This document shows positions 20,453 through 28,637 of a DNA stretch of 64,000 bases, one piece after another. Positions within the stretch are counted from its first letter, which is position 1, and each line of letters opens with the position of its first letter. Source of the DNA: Pseudobdellovibrionaceae bacterium (GTDB taxonomy: Bacteria > Bdellovibrionota > Bdellovibrionia > Bdellovibrionales > UBA1609). The notes under the pieces were generated by a model that was not told the DNA's origin, ran no database searches, and saw only the letters and a program-made list of their open reading frames with translations. The position numbers were made by a program, and so were the translations under genes. The DNA lies in the NCBI GenBank assembly GCA_023898385.1, contig CP060220.1:2655683-2719682 (forward strand), in the 5' to 3' direction.

Positions 20453-20700
20453 TATGGTTTCACCGTTAAGTGTCTTGCATGTTGATTGGGGTGTTTATTG
20501 TAGCTGCGCGAGGGCGGCTCCCATACGCCATTTTCAATCATTCCAGAAAGAGCCAACCATGGGCCATTGACGAGTTGGGCAATCAATTGATTTTGGCGAA
20601 ATGTTTGAGCAATAAAAAGCGTTAATCCAATGACTAAAACCATCATAAGTATAAGTTCAGTGGTCATTTGGCCCAGTTGATTTTTTTTGAGGGTCTTCAT
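20452..20700 (-). CDS. Flp-like minor pilin/pseudopilin (83 aa)
   Basis: Start at ATG 20700, in an ATGA overlap with the peptidase gene stop. MKTLKKNQLG|QMTTELILMMVLVIGLTLFIAQ resembles an Flp-type G|xxxxE leader. Confidence 0.6.
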   Translation of the reverse strand: MKTLKKNQLGQMTTELILMMVLVIGLTLFIAQTFRQNQLIAQLVNGPWLALSGMIENGVWEPPSRSYNKHPNQHARHLTVKP

Positions 20701-21206
20701 AGGCTGCCCCCGAACGGCCCAACTGCCAAATGCGTGAGCCACCCAAAAACCAAAGCCACGGTGAAGGGTATTTTGTGTAATGAAAGCTGTTTTCGGCTTT
20801 TATCAAAAGTGGCAATCTTGGCCGTGTTTTTTAAAAGTTGAATTAGGTCTTTTTGTAGAGTCACTCGAATTAAACCGAGAAGGGCGCCCCAAATAAAAGC
20901 ATACATCAGTACCCACAAAACGGCTGTGGCATCCGTAGCGAGGGCAAAGGCGAAGATTAATTTTACATCACCGCCGCCGATCATGCGGGCTAGAAAAAGA
21001 GGTATGGTTAACCCGATAGCCACAGTCAGTGAAAGCAGGGCGGTTTGCAGGCCAGCCATCCCATTGAATAAACCGGCAGAGCCAATAGCAATAACAGCGG
21101 CCGACAGTGTCAGCCAGTTATGAACTTTTTTTGATCTGAGGTCATCCACCAGGCCCGCAATTAGAATCAGGCTCGGCAAAAGGTAAGACAAGACAGCGAG
21201 GCTCAT
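20697..21206 (-). CDS. cpaA: A24-family prepilin peptidase (CpaA/TadV)
   Basis: Polytopic membrane protein with both catalytic Asp contexts (LIAGLVDDLRSKKVHNWL and MIGGGDVKL). GGAGAAGG RBS before ATG 21206. Confidence 0.85.
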   Translation of the reverse strand: MSLAVLSYLLPSLILIAGLVDDLRSKKVHNWLTLSAAVIAIGSAGLFNGMAGLQTALLSLTVAIGLTIPLFLARMIGGGDVKLIFAFALATDATAVLWVLMYAFIWGALLGLIRVTLQKDLIQLLKNTAKIATFDKSRKQLSLHKIPFTVALVFGWLTHLAVGPFGGSL

Positions 21207-21400
21207 CGTTGAACCTTCTCCCACCTGAGGCGCTGGCCATTGCGCAAAAAGCCGTGCCCCACGGAAATATTGCGTTCCATGCGCGCAGCTAAGCGGGGCG
21301 TGGCATTGCGAAAGGTTTCAATGGGTCCACTGTCACCAAAGAAAACCCCCAACATGATAAACGCATAAATAGATAATAAGAGTATAAACTCGGTACTCAT
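21203..21400 (-). CDS. Small membrane protein (65 aa) whose N-terminus resembles a processed Flp pilin
   Basis: MSTEFILLLSIYAFIMLGVFFG aligns with the post-cleavage part of Flp (AVEYILLLVVVVGIVIFFG). ATGA overlap with the cpaA start. Confidence 0.5.
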   Translation of the reverse strand: MSTEFILLLSIYAFIMLGVFFGDSGPIETFRNATPRLAARMERNISVGHGFLRNGQRLRWEKVQR

Positions 21401-21428
21401 AATAAGTGATTCCTGTAGGTATCAATAC

Positions 21429-21620
21429 TTATTCGCCGAGTGAGACGCCGCCGATACCACCACTGAGTTCATCCACCTTCCCTTTGATGACGGTTTTAAG
21501 TTGCGGACCAAAAAAGATAACGATGCCAACAACTACAACTAAAAGCAGGATGTATTCCACCGCACCTTGGCCGGACTCATCATTCCAAAGTTGTTTTGCA
21601 AATTTTTTGAGATTCTTCAT
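21429..21620 (-). CDS. flp: Flp family type IVb pilin
   Basis: 63 aa. MKNLKKFAKQLWNDESGQG|AVEYILLLVVVVGIVIFFG is the canonical Flp motif. AAGGGGA RBS. Confidence 0.9.
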   Translation of the reverse strand: MKNLKKFAKQLWNDESGQGAVEYILLLVVVVGIVIFFGPQLKTVIKGKVDELSGGIGGVSLGE

Positions 21621-22034
21621 GACAATTCCCCTTTATTGTTTCCTTCTTTTCGGCCAGGTGCCGAAAAAAATTAATATTTACCCCTGAAAAATCACGCGCT
21701 GTGGGAATATGAAATCACGTTACAGATATTCGTTTTAACAACTTCAGTTTAACATAACTCATTGAAATAGAAGCACTATAAATTAATACCGTAAAAAACT
21801 TCGACAGTGATGGCTTTCTCCTTAAAGGACTTACGGCCTGGGTCCTGTAAAAATATTGGGCGCTTCGTTCTTCTCTTCTCATGAGGCTTTAAATTGGTTT
21901 TTCCACTGGGCAGGACCCATAAGGGGGGCATTGGTTTGCTGGCCAATATGTTAAGATAATTATTGAGAGCTCCGATGAGTGGTTTGTTCGGCTGCTGGCT
22001 CATAGATGGGAACATGGACGGGACACAGACTGGG

Positions 22035-22221
22035 CACAGACGAAGGCACAGAGACCAAGACGATTGGATGCGGATGCCTGCGTCTGCCTGGCGCTTTCGG
22101 CCGCATGTCGTCTTCGGATTGCGTCACTGGCGTGCCGCAACCCGGATACGCCATGCACGACGCGAACGGCAGACGCAGGCATCCGCATCCAATCGTCTTG
22201 GTCTCTGTGCCTTCGTCTGTG
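22035..22221. repeat. Foldback element A2: 54-bp perfect inverted arms plus 79-nt core (inverted relative to A1)
   Basis: 22035-22088 is the exact reverse complement of 22168-22221. Core 22099-22158 matches the reverse complement of 13506-13565 at 58/60. Arms are unrelated to the A1 arms. Confidence 0.9.
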
Positions 22222-22254
22222 ATCTGGGTTTTTCTTCTTTTTAGGAGATGGTGA

Positions 22255-23103
22255 TTGGGTTTTCATAGGCGACATTTTAGACCATTGTCCTGCCAGGCTG
22301 GGCAGGGGGCGGTGGAGTACATTTTAATGTTGGTCATAGTGGTTTCCATCGTTATTGGTTTGATCTATCAATTTAATAAAGATTTTGAACGATATGCGAA
22401 CGCCTTTTTCGGGGATTATCTCACTTGTTTGATTGCTATGGGAGAGTTGCCTTCCTTGGGTGGTGGAGGTGGCAGCGAATCGGCTTGCCTTGCTGAATTG
22501 CAGGCCTTTAATCAGGCGGGTCAGCAAATGGCTTCGCGTGGAGCGGGTGCTGGAAATAAATCTGGTGAAAACGCAGAGGGTGAAGAGGGTGACGGCGAGG
22601 GTGAAGAGGGTTCGGGTGGTGACTCTAAGGCCAACAAGCGAAGTGGTGGTGGTGCCACAGCTGGTGGTGGTGTACGCAGCCGTCGTCGGGGTAATCGTTT
22701 TCGCGCTGGAAATAAATGGAAAGATCAAGAGGTGGCCTCGCAGAAATCAGGTAAAGAAGAAAGTGCCACGGCCGGGTATGTAAATGTTAATTCTCCCACT
22801 TCGGGTGGTAATGCGGAGCCTTTACGTCAAAATCGCATGTTGATTTCTCGTGGTGGCGCCAGTGAAAAAGAAGAAAAAGAAGCCAAAAGAGCTAAGCCTT
22901 TGGTGAAAACAGAAGAAGCCAGAGGGCGAGGTCAACGAATCAAAATCAATAGAACACTCGCCAGTGACCAGAAAGATCTCGACGTGGAGGCTGAATTCAC
23001 TCTGGGAGGTCTTGTGCGATTTTTGATCATCGTGGGGATACTCATTGCCTTGTTGATGTTTTTGGGTGGTCAAGCCCTTCAACTTTCTAAATCCATGGAA
23101 TAG
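22255..23103 (+). CDS. Flp-prepilin-like protein with ~230-aa Gly/Glu/Lys/Arg-rich extension and C-terminal TM helix
   Basis: TTG start with GGAG 6 nt upstream. ..SCQAGQG|AVEYILMLVIVVSIVIGLIY is nearly identical to the Flp leader and helix. The rest is low complexity (GEGEEGSGGDSKANKRSGGGATAGGG..) and ends with LVRFLIIVGILIALLMFLGG. Confidence 0.6.
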   Translation: MGFHRRHFRPLSCQAGQGAVEYILMLVIVVSIVIGLIYQFNKDFERYANAFFGDYLTCLIAMGELPSLGGGGGSESACLAELQAFNQAGQQMASRGAGAGNKSGENAEGEEGDGEGEEGSGGDSKANKRSGGGATAGGGVRSRRRGNRFRAGNKWKDQEVASQKSGKEESATAGYVNVNSPTSGGNAEPLRQNRMLISRGGASEKEEKEAKRAKPLVKTEEARGRGQRIKINRTLASDQKDLDVEAEFTLGGLVRFLIIVGILIALLMFLGGQALQLSKSME

Positions 23104-23134
23104 CAGGGAAAATTTTTTTGATGCTCGCCGACAA

Positions 23135-23704
23135 ATGGCGCCACGCATCTTCAAAAGTTTTCAGAAGGACGTTAGTCGTTTATTTTTTGGCACGGGAAAT
23201 ATACAACTAAAATCTAATAGAAGCGTACTGATTTGGGGAAATCAGTTGGGTAGTGACGTCGTCGGCATAGGGGGGATAATGCTGGGGCCGCAGGTCGTAG
23301 AAATTTGCCGGCAAGGCAAAGTCAGCATTGATACAGCCAATGAACGGGTGGCTGTGATTTGGCGTTTTACTAAAACTCAAAGTCAACTCGTGGACAGGCT
23401 TATTGCTCAATTGGAGGCGGTTAATCACGACCAGCTGGATCGGGTCAACGAACTTGAGACAGAGATCAATGATCTTATTAATCGTTGGCACTCAAAAATA
23501 CGTAAGTTGGGTGGTTGTCCCAAGGGTTTGTGGATGGCCGACTTCGACTCCGGAGATGGGTATTTCAGTTGGAAATTTCCGGAGCGTGAAATCCTCTATT
23601 GGCGGCCCTATGAAGACGGTTTCGCCGATCGAATGCCGGTCGAAAAGTGGTTGCGTCGCCGGAATCTCCAAGCCACAGCGTATGCGGCTTCGATTTTGCC
23701 GTAA
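23135..23704 (+). CDS. DUF2203-like protein
   Basis: C-terminal ..RKLGGCPKGLWMADFDSGDGYFSWKFPEREILYWRPYEDGFADR resembles the DUF2203 signature (v.g...GlvDF....G..v.LCW..gE..i.yWH....GfaGR). Start set at ATG 23135 to avoid overlap; uncertain. Confidence 0.5.
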   Translation: MAPRIFKSFQKDVSRLFFGTGNIQLKSNRSVLIWGNQLGSDVVGIGGIMLGPQVVEICRQGKVSIDTANERVAVIWRFTKTQSQLVDRLIAQLEAVNHDQLDRVNELETEINDLINRWHSKIRKLGGCPKGLWMADFDSGDGYFSWKFPEREILYWRPYEDGFADRMPVEKWLRRRNLQATAYAASILP

Positions 23705-23761
23705 AGTTTGCGCCTCTCTCATTTATCGCTTATAAGTTGGCCCTCACAAGGAGGGGCGTAA

Positions 23762-25387
23762 ATGAGAGTAGCCCTCGCTCAAATGAATTCGACGTTAGGT
23801 GATTTTGCAGGCAACAGGGATAAGATGTTGTCGCTTTGTCACAAAGCGATTTTAGACGAATGCGATCTCATAGTATTTCCAGAAGCCAGTTTGTTTGGGT
23901 ATCACCCGGTGGATCTTTTGGAGCGCCCGAGTATCGTTAAAGAACAGCTCAAAGAGCTGAAAGCCTTCCAGCAGAAAATGCCAAAAGGATTAGTGGCCCT
24001 CGTGGGGGCCATAACGATAAATCCGAAACAAGATGGTAAACCCTATTTCAACTCGGCTGTGCTAATGGAAAGAGGCAAGAAGCCGAAAGTTTTTGCCAAA
24101 CAACTGTTGCCCACATACGACGTATTTGATGAAGGTCGGCACATTGAGCCGGGAGCACTAAAAAACAACATTTTTCGCTTTAAGGGTCACAAAGTTTTGG
24201 TGACTGTTTGTGAAGACATCTGGGCCTGGCCGCTCAAAAAGCATCACGGATCAAATTACGCAAAAAATCCAATTAAAGAAATGAGATCGCGGGACGTAGA
24301 TCTTGTCATTAACCTTAGTGCCTCGCCGTTTACGGATAAGAAGCTAAAATCAAGACGATTTGTGACAAAGAAAACGGCAGAGCACCTGAAAGCACCGCTG
24401 ATTTATGTAAATTTGGTGGGCGCACAGGATGAAATTATTTTTGATGGAGGCAGTTTTGTTACCGAGCCCAAGGGCGGGGTATCGTTGCAATTGCCCCGTT
24501 TTGAAGAAAGCTATGCTGTATACGATACAAAATTGAAGACTCAATCACACCTGCACAAGGTAGACTCCAATGTGAATGAACTTAGGCGCAAGGCCATCGT
24601 ATTGGGAATCAAAGACTTTGCAGCAAAGGTGGGCCTACAAAAAGCACACCTCGGCCTTAGCGGTGGGATTGACTCGGCGGTAGTGGCCTGTTTAGCCGCC
24701 GAGGCTTTGGGCCCAGAAAATGTCACAGCAGTGGCAATGCCAGGCCCATATAGCACCGGTGAAAGCTTGCGTTTGGCAAAGGAGCTTGCCGACAATCTAA
24801 AGATGAAAATCTTTGAAGTGGGAATCGATCATTCATACAAGAACATTCTAGGAGATCTCAAGAATTGGATGCCCACAGATTCAATCACTGTGGCTCACGA
24901 GAACCTTCAGGCTCGACTTCGAATGGTGGTGTTGATGTCTTTTAGCAATGTGCACGGTAGCTTGTTGCTAAATACCAGTAACAAAAGTGAAATGGCTACG
25001 GGCTACTCGACGTTGTATGGGGATATGTCTGGTGGCTTATCGCCCATTGGTGATTTGCTAAAAACAGAAGTTTACGAGTTGGCACGGTATTACAATCAGT
25101 TGGGTTCTTTTATACCTGAATCGATCATATCGAGACCGCCATCAGCAGAGTTGCGACCCAACCAAACAGATCAGGATTCGCTTCCGCCTTATAGTGAACT
25201 AGACCCCGCAGTTGAAAAACTGGTGGAAAACTACCGATCACCGAAGTCGACTTTGGATCATCGCGTGTTGCAACTAATGATGAAAAGTGAATTCAAACGG
25301 TGGCAAGCACCGCCAATATTAAAAGTGTCCGATCATGCCTTTGGTCGGGGCCGACGTCTGCCGTTGGCCCATAAAGCCTGGTATTGA
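23762..25387 (+). CDS. nadE: Glutamine-dependent NAD+ synthetase
   Basis: N-terminal CN-hydrolase domain (MRVALAQMNSTLGDF..FPEASLFGY..VTVCEDIW) plus a C-terminal NAD synthetase domain (GLSGGIDSAVVA). Confidence 0.95.
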   Translation: MRVALAQMNSTLGDFAGNRDKMLSLCHKAILDECDLIVFPEASLFGYHPVDLLERPSIVKEQLKELKAFQQKMPKGLVALVGAITINPKQDGKPYFNSAVLMERGKKPKVFAKQLLPTYDVFDEGRHIEPGALKNNIFRFKGHKVLVTVCEDIWAWPLKKHHGSNYAKNPIKEMRSRDVDLVINLSASPFTDKKLKSRRFVTKKTAEHLKAPLIYVNLVGAQDEIIFDGGSFVTEPKGGVSLQLPRFEESYAVYDTKLKTQSHLHKVDSNVNELRRKAIVLGIKDFAAKVGLQKAHLGLSGGIDSAVVACLAAEALGPENVTAVAMPGPYSTGESLRLAKELADNLKMKIFEVGIDHSYKNILGDLKNWMPTDSITVAHENLQARLRMVVLMSFSNVHGSLLLNTSNKSEMATGYSTLYGDMSGGLSPIGDLLKTEVYELARYYNQLGSFIPESIISRPPSAELRPNQTDQDSLPPYSELDPAVEKLVENYRSPKSTLDHRVLQLMMKSEFKRWQAPPILKVSDHAFGRGRRLPLAHKAWY

Positions 25388-25392
25388 TTCAA

Positions 25393-26022
25393 TTACAAAA
25401 GGGCTAGTTGTTTAGGCTGAGGCTCTATTTGCGGAAATTTTAGCTCGGCCTTTCCGGTTAGCGCGATAAGATTTTCAAGGGGTGGCATGGCCCCGGGGCC
25501 ACTTATTTTTTCTATGATTTTTAGGAAGAGTTGACCACAGTATGAGGCGTCTTCTTCGGCCCGGTGAAATTGGCCCGACGGAATCTTTAGATGCTGCACC
25601 AGTGTGCCTAACTTATAGTTCGGCAGCCCAGGAAACACCTTTTTGCTGATACTGTAGGTATCAATGATGGTCCCTTTGGGGGCTTTGGCTTCATACTTTT
25701 CAATGTCCGCAGTGAGAAACTGGTAATCAAACACAGCGTTGTGGGCAATGATTATTGAATTGTCACAAAATTCAGCAAACGGCTCAAGCAGGGTTTCTAT
25801 TGTGGGTTTTCCCACAACCATGTCGTCAGTGATTCCGTTAACGGCAGAAGCGTCTTCTGGAATATGCATCTTTGGGTCTACCAACGTAGAAAACACAGCA
25901 TCCACGCCACCCACATCAAAGCGGATAGCACCAATTTCTACAATTCGGTCGACGCCAGCCAAGGTGCCCGTAGTTTCCAAGTCAAAAGCTACAAATGTCA
26001 TAGATTTTTTTTTACCGGACAT
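25393..26022 (-). CDS. DnaQ-family 3'-5' exonuclease (DNA polymerase III epsilon-like)
   Basis: Exo I FVAFDLETTG, Exo II IIIAHNAVFDYQFL, Exo III HRAEEDASYCGQLF. Confidence 0.85.
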   Translation of the reverse strand: MSGKKKSMTFVAFDLETTGTLAGVDRIVEIGAIRFDVGGVDAVFSTLVDPKMHIPEDASAVNGITDDMVVGKPTIETLLEPFAEFCDNSIIIAHNAVFDYQFLTADIEKYEAKAPKGTIIDTYSISKKVFPGLPNYKLGTLVQHLKIPSGQFHRAEEDASYCGQLFLKIIEKISGPGAMPPLENLIALTGKAELKFPQIEPQPKQLALL

Positions 26023-26057
26023 CTATGCTTGGTTCAAGGATGAGTTTTTTGCCAACG

Positions 26058-26330
26058 ATGACCTTTTTGCCCTGTGATAAGAGGGTATCTATAAAGCCTG
26101 GCCAAACCGTGCTCGATGTTGCGCTGAGTAATGGTGTGGAATTGGATCACTCCTGTGGTGGCATGGGAAGTTGTACCACCTGCCGTGTGTTTGTTGAATC
26201 ACCACTGGAAAATTTGAGCGAAAGAACCGATTTGGAAAGGGAAAGAGCCGAAGAGCGTGGATTTCTAGAAAACGAACGGCTCGCCTGTCAACTTGAAGCC
26301 ATGGATGAAATGGTGGTGCGCATCGATTAA
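26058..26330 (+). CDS. 2Fe-2S ferredoxin (adrenodoxin/Fdx-type)
   Basis: HSCGGMGSCTTCRV plus a distal ..ERLACQ.. cysteine. Start taken at ATG 26058 (MTFLPCDKRVSI..). The track start at 26025 abuts the divergent gene. Confidence 0.8.
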   Translation: MTFLPCDKRVSIKPGQTVLDVALSNGVELDHSCGGMGSCTTCRVFVESPLENLSERTDLERERAEERGFLENERLACQLEAMDEMVVRID

Positions 26331-26371
26331 AGGGTCTGCAAAAGGAGAACAGGCAACAAGAAGCCAGCGGT

Positions 26372-27589
26372 CTATTCTACATAAAATGGATTTGTGAATA
26401 TCCACGGCACCCAGAGATTGTTATCTGGAAAAGGAAACAGAGGTCGAACCCTTACCTCCACCCTATAAGTGCCCGGGCTTTCTAGGGCATGTTCCCAAGT
26501 CGGATTTTTACTCGAAGCAATTCGTTCACCATTTCTAAAAAGTACTATCTCAAATGGCACAACAGGTTTGTCGGGCAGGCGAACAACCAACGCCATCGTT
26601 TTTTGAAAGTTAACTATGCTGCCAATGGGATACACATTTTCATTCTTGGCCTTGATCACAGCATTAAAACCTTTGGGATTGGCCAAAATATCCATGCTCA
26701 TATAGAGCTGACCTTTTTCGATGGCCTGAACAATCTTCGCTCGATCATTTGCGGCATTTCCAGTGAGCTCAGATTTCAACAAAATGTGATTTTGAGCCAT
26801 CCGAAAAATTGTTTCGTATTGAGGAAACTTAAGGTCATTGCCTAAAGATTGAATCCTCTGTTCAGCATCAGAACCCAAATATCCAGACATGTGCCGAGTT
26901 TTTGTAAGTCGATCCCAAATGGGAATTTCATTAAGTCCCGACCGTGAGAACAGTCGGGCAACAGCTAAATCAGAATGAAATGGATAGATCAATAGCGACC
27001 ATAACAGAGAGCCTCTGGCGTGTTTCCACGTGTCTTGCCACACGCTTTTAAGATTCACAATTTCCATACCATCAAGACCGGGCGGATACGGGCCGGACCA
27101 AGCAAAACCGTCGATAGTTGGATGAGCTAACACAAAAAATCCCCGTTGAGCGCTTCTACTTTTTTGGCTCAACATATCAGCAAATAGAGCTTGAGATTGC
27201 CCAGGTCCAAGCAGGTGGTCGCGAGTGGTGGCATTAAGATTAAGCAGTCGCGAGTCTAAGTAGCTGTACTCACCATCTATAAAGACAAACAGTTTGTTGT
27301 GATACCCTTCAGCAGAGGTGTCGCGTTCAAACGCGTTAAAATCGGTAAGAAACAAAAAATCCAAGTCGGCTTCTTGGGCTGATTTAATAATATCGTCAAC
27401 GCTTCCCGTGCCAGTGCTGGCATCGGAGTGCACATTAATGACTCCGCGGTAATCATAAAATCCAGGAGGGTCTGCGACCTCAAGCGAAGGTGCTATTATT
27501 CTAAAATCAGACTGACTGATAAAAAGCCCATAGACAACATAAGCCACGATGGCAAAAAAGAATGTGAAAATGATTTTTCTTCTGATCAT
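26372..27589 (-). CDS. Membrane-anchored PHP-domain-like metallohydrolase (hypothetical)
   Basis: N-terminal TM helix. VINVHSDASTGTGSVDDIIKSAQEADLDFLFLTD resembles the first PHP motif. The rest is unassigned. Confidence 0.45.
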   Translation of the reverse strand: MIRRKIIFTFFFAIVAYVVYGLFISQSDFRIIAPSLEVADPPGFYDYRGVINVHSDASTGTGSVDDIIKSAQEADLDFLFLTDFNAFERDTSAEGYHNKLFVFIDGEYSYLDSRLLNLNATTRDHLLGPGQSQALFADMLSQKSRSAQRGFFVLAHPTIDGFAWSGPYPPGLDGMEIVNLKSVWQDTWKHARGSLLWSLLIYPFHSDLAVARLFSRSGLNEIPIWDRLTKTRHMSGYLGSDAEQRIQSLGNDLKFPQYETIFRMAQNHILLKSELTGNAANDRAKIVQAIEKGQLYMSMDILANPKGFNAVIKAKNENVYPIGSIVNFQKTMALVVRLPDKPVVPFEIVLFRNGERIASSKNPTWEHALESPGTYRVEVRVRPLFPFPDNNLWVPWIFTNPFYVE

Positions 27590-27597
27590 CGTTTAAT

Positions 27598-28626
27598 TTA
27601 CATCGGCGTCTTGCTGTAGCCAGGAAATACCACTTTCAGTTGTTGTCCGAGCTTTCCAGGTACGCCTCGATCTTTCCCGTTATGGATAAGGTTCACGGCA
27701 CCGCCATCACTAAAATCGATGGCGATTTTTTTATTGCCCTTAATGGCATGAACTTCCTCTGGCTTCAACTTGATGCGCTCAAGCGGTCCTCCATCCACAC
27801 GGAACAAAATATTCACGTGATCAAGGGCTTGGATAATGACCTCTTGGGGGTTGATGGGGAGCTTCGTAATTTCTTCGGCCATAGCGGATTGACGTTCAGC
27901 TGCTGGTAGCGAGTCTGTTTTTTGTTCTACAATTTTTTCTTGGTTATTCAGATCAGAAGCCGCTGGTTTCTCTTCTGGAGTTTTTTCTGCAACCGGGGGT
28001 GGTTCCGGTGGGGGTGCCGGACTCGTTTCGTTTGAGACTTCTTTGGGCACTGTGACGTCAGTTTCTTTTTCTATGGGCAGATCTTGTTTAACCGGTTCCT
28101 TGGGTGTTTCGGCTTCAAGAGTTTGCTCTGAAAATTCTGCGGGGGCAGTGTCTTCTGGAGGAGCATTTTCTGTAATAGGATTCACGGAGGTTGGGGCGAC
28201 TTGCCTTTCATTTTCGTACTTTTCTATGGTGTTTTTTATTCCGGCAATAATGAATATGAGTAAAATTACAGCTGCTGCGGCCAGGGCATTAGAAGCTTTG
28301 AGGCGACCCTGCAAAAAGGGAAGGCGCTCTAGCCAGGAAGGTTGGGGCGGAGGGGTCTCTTCGATTTGATGAGACGTCAAATGGTCATCCACGATACCCA
28401 TTTCTTGGTTGAATTCGCTCATGATTTTGTCGGCATCGAGCTTGAGGTAAGTGGCATAGGTTCGAACAAACCCACGCAAAAAAGTAAGAGGTGGCATATC
28501 ATCGGTAGCCCCCTCTTCCATGCGTTCAATGACTCGGGCACTGATTTTCGTTGCCATGGACACTTCACTAATAGAGATGCCCTGCTTTTTTCGTGTGCTT
28601 TTTAGGACTTGGCCCGTTTGCTTCAT
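27598..28626 (-). CDS. rodZ: RodZ-like cytoskeleton protein (HTH plus TM plus DUF4115-like C-terminus)
   Basis: N-terminal XRE HTH (LKSTRKKQGISISEVSMATKISARVIERMEEG..LRGFVRTYATYLKLD), a central TM helix, a Pro/Glu-rich linker, and a beta-rich C-terminal domain. Adjacent to the pilW-like gene, as in other Proteobacteria. Confidence 0.75.
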   Translation of the reverse strand: MKQTGQVLKSTRKKQGISISEVSMATKISARVIERMEEGATDDMPPLTFLRGFVRTYATYLKLDADKIMSEFNQEMGIVDDHLTSHQIEETPPPQPSWLERLPFLQGRLKASNALAAAAVILLIFIIAGIKNTIEKYENERQVAPTSVNPITENAPPEDTAPAEFSEQTLEAETPKEPVKQDLPIEKETDVTVPKEVSNETSPAPPPEPPPVAEKTPEEKPAASDLNNQEKIVEQKTDSLPAAERQSAMAEEITKLPINPQEVIIQALDHVNILFRVDGGPLERIKLKPEEVHAIKGNKKIAIDFSDGGAVNLIHNGKDRGVPGKLGQQLKVVFPGYSKTPM

Positions 28627-28637
28627 ACGTTTGAAAC

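Noticed and set aside
21776-22015. 79-aa basic ORF in the flp upstream region abutting element A2
   Set aside because: It has no Shine-Dalgarno, no recognisable family and odd composition. The region is more likely the flp promoter and 5' UTR. This is not fully excluded; it would need expression data.
21960-22275. Four overlapping ORFs (64-93 aa) across element A2
   Set aside because: This is the same palindrome artefact as at A1. The peptides repeat on both strands (RRRHRDQDDWMRMPASA).
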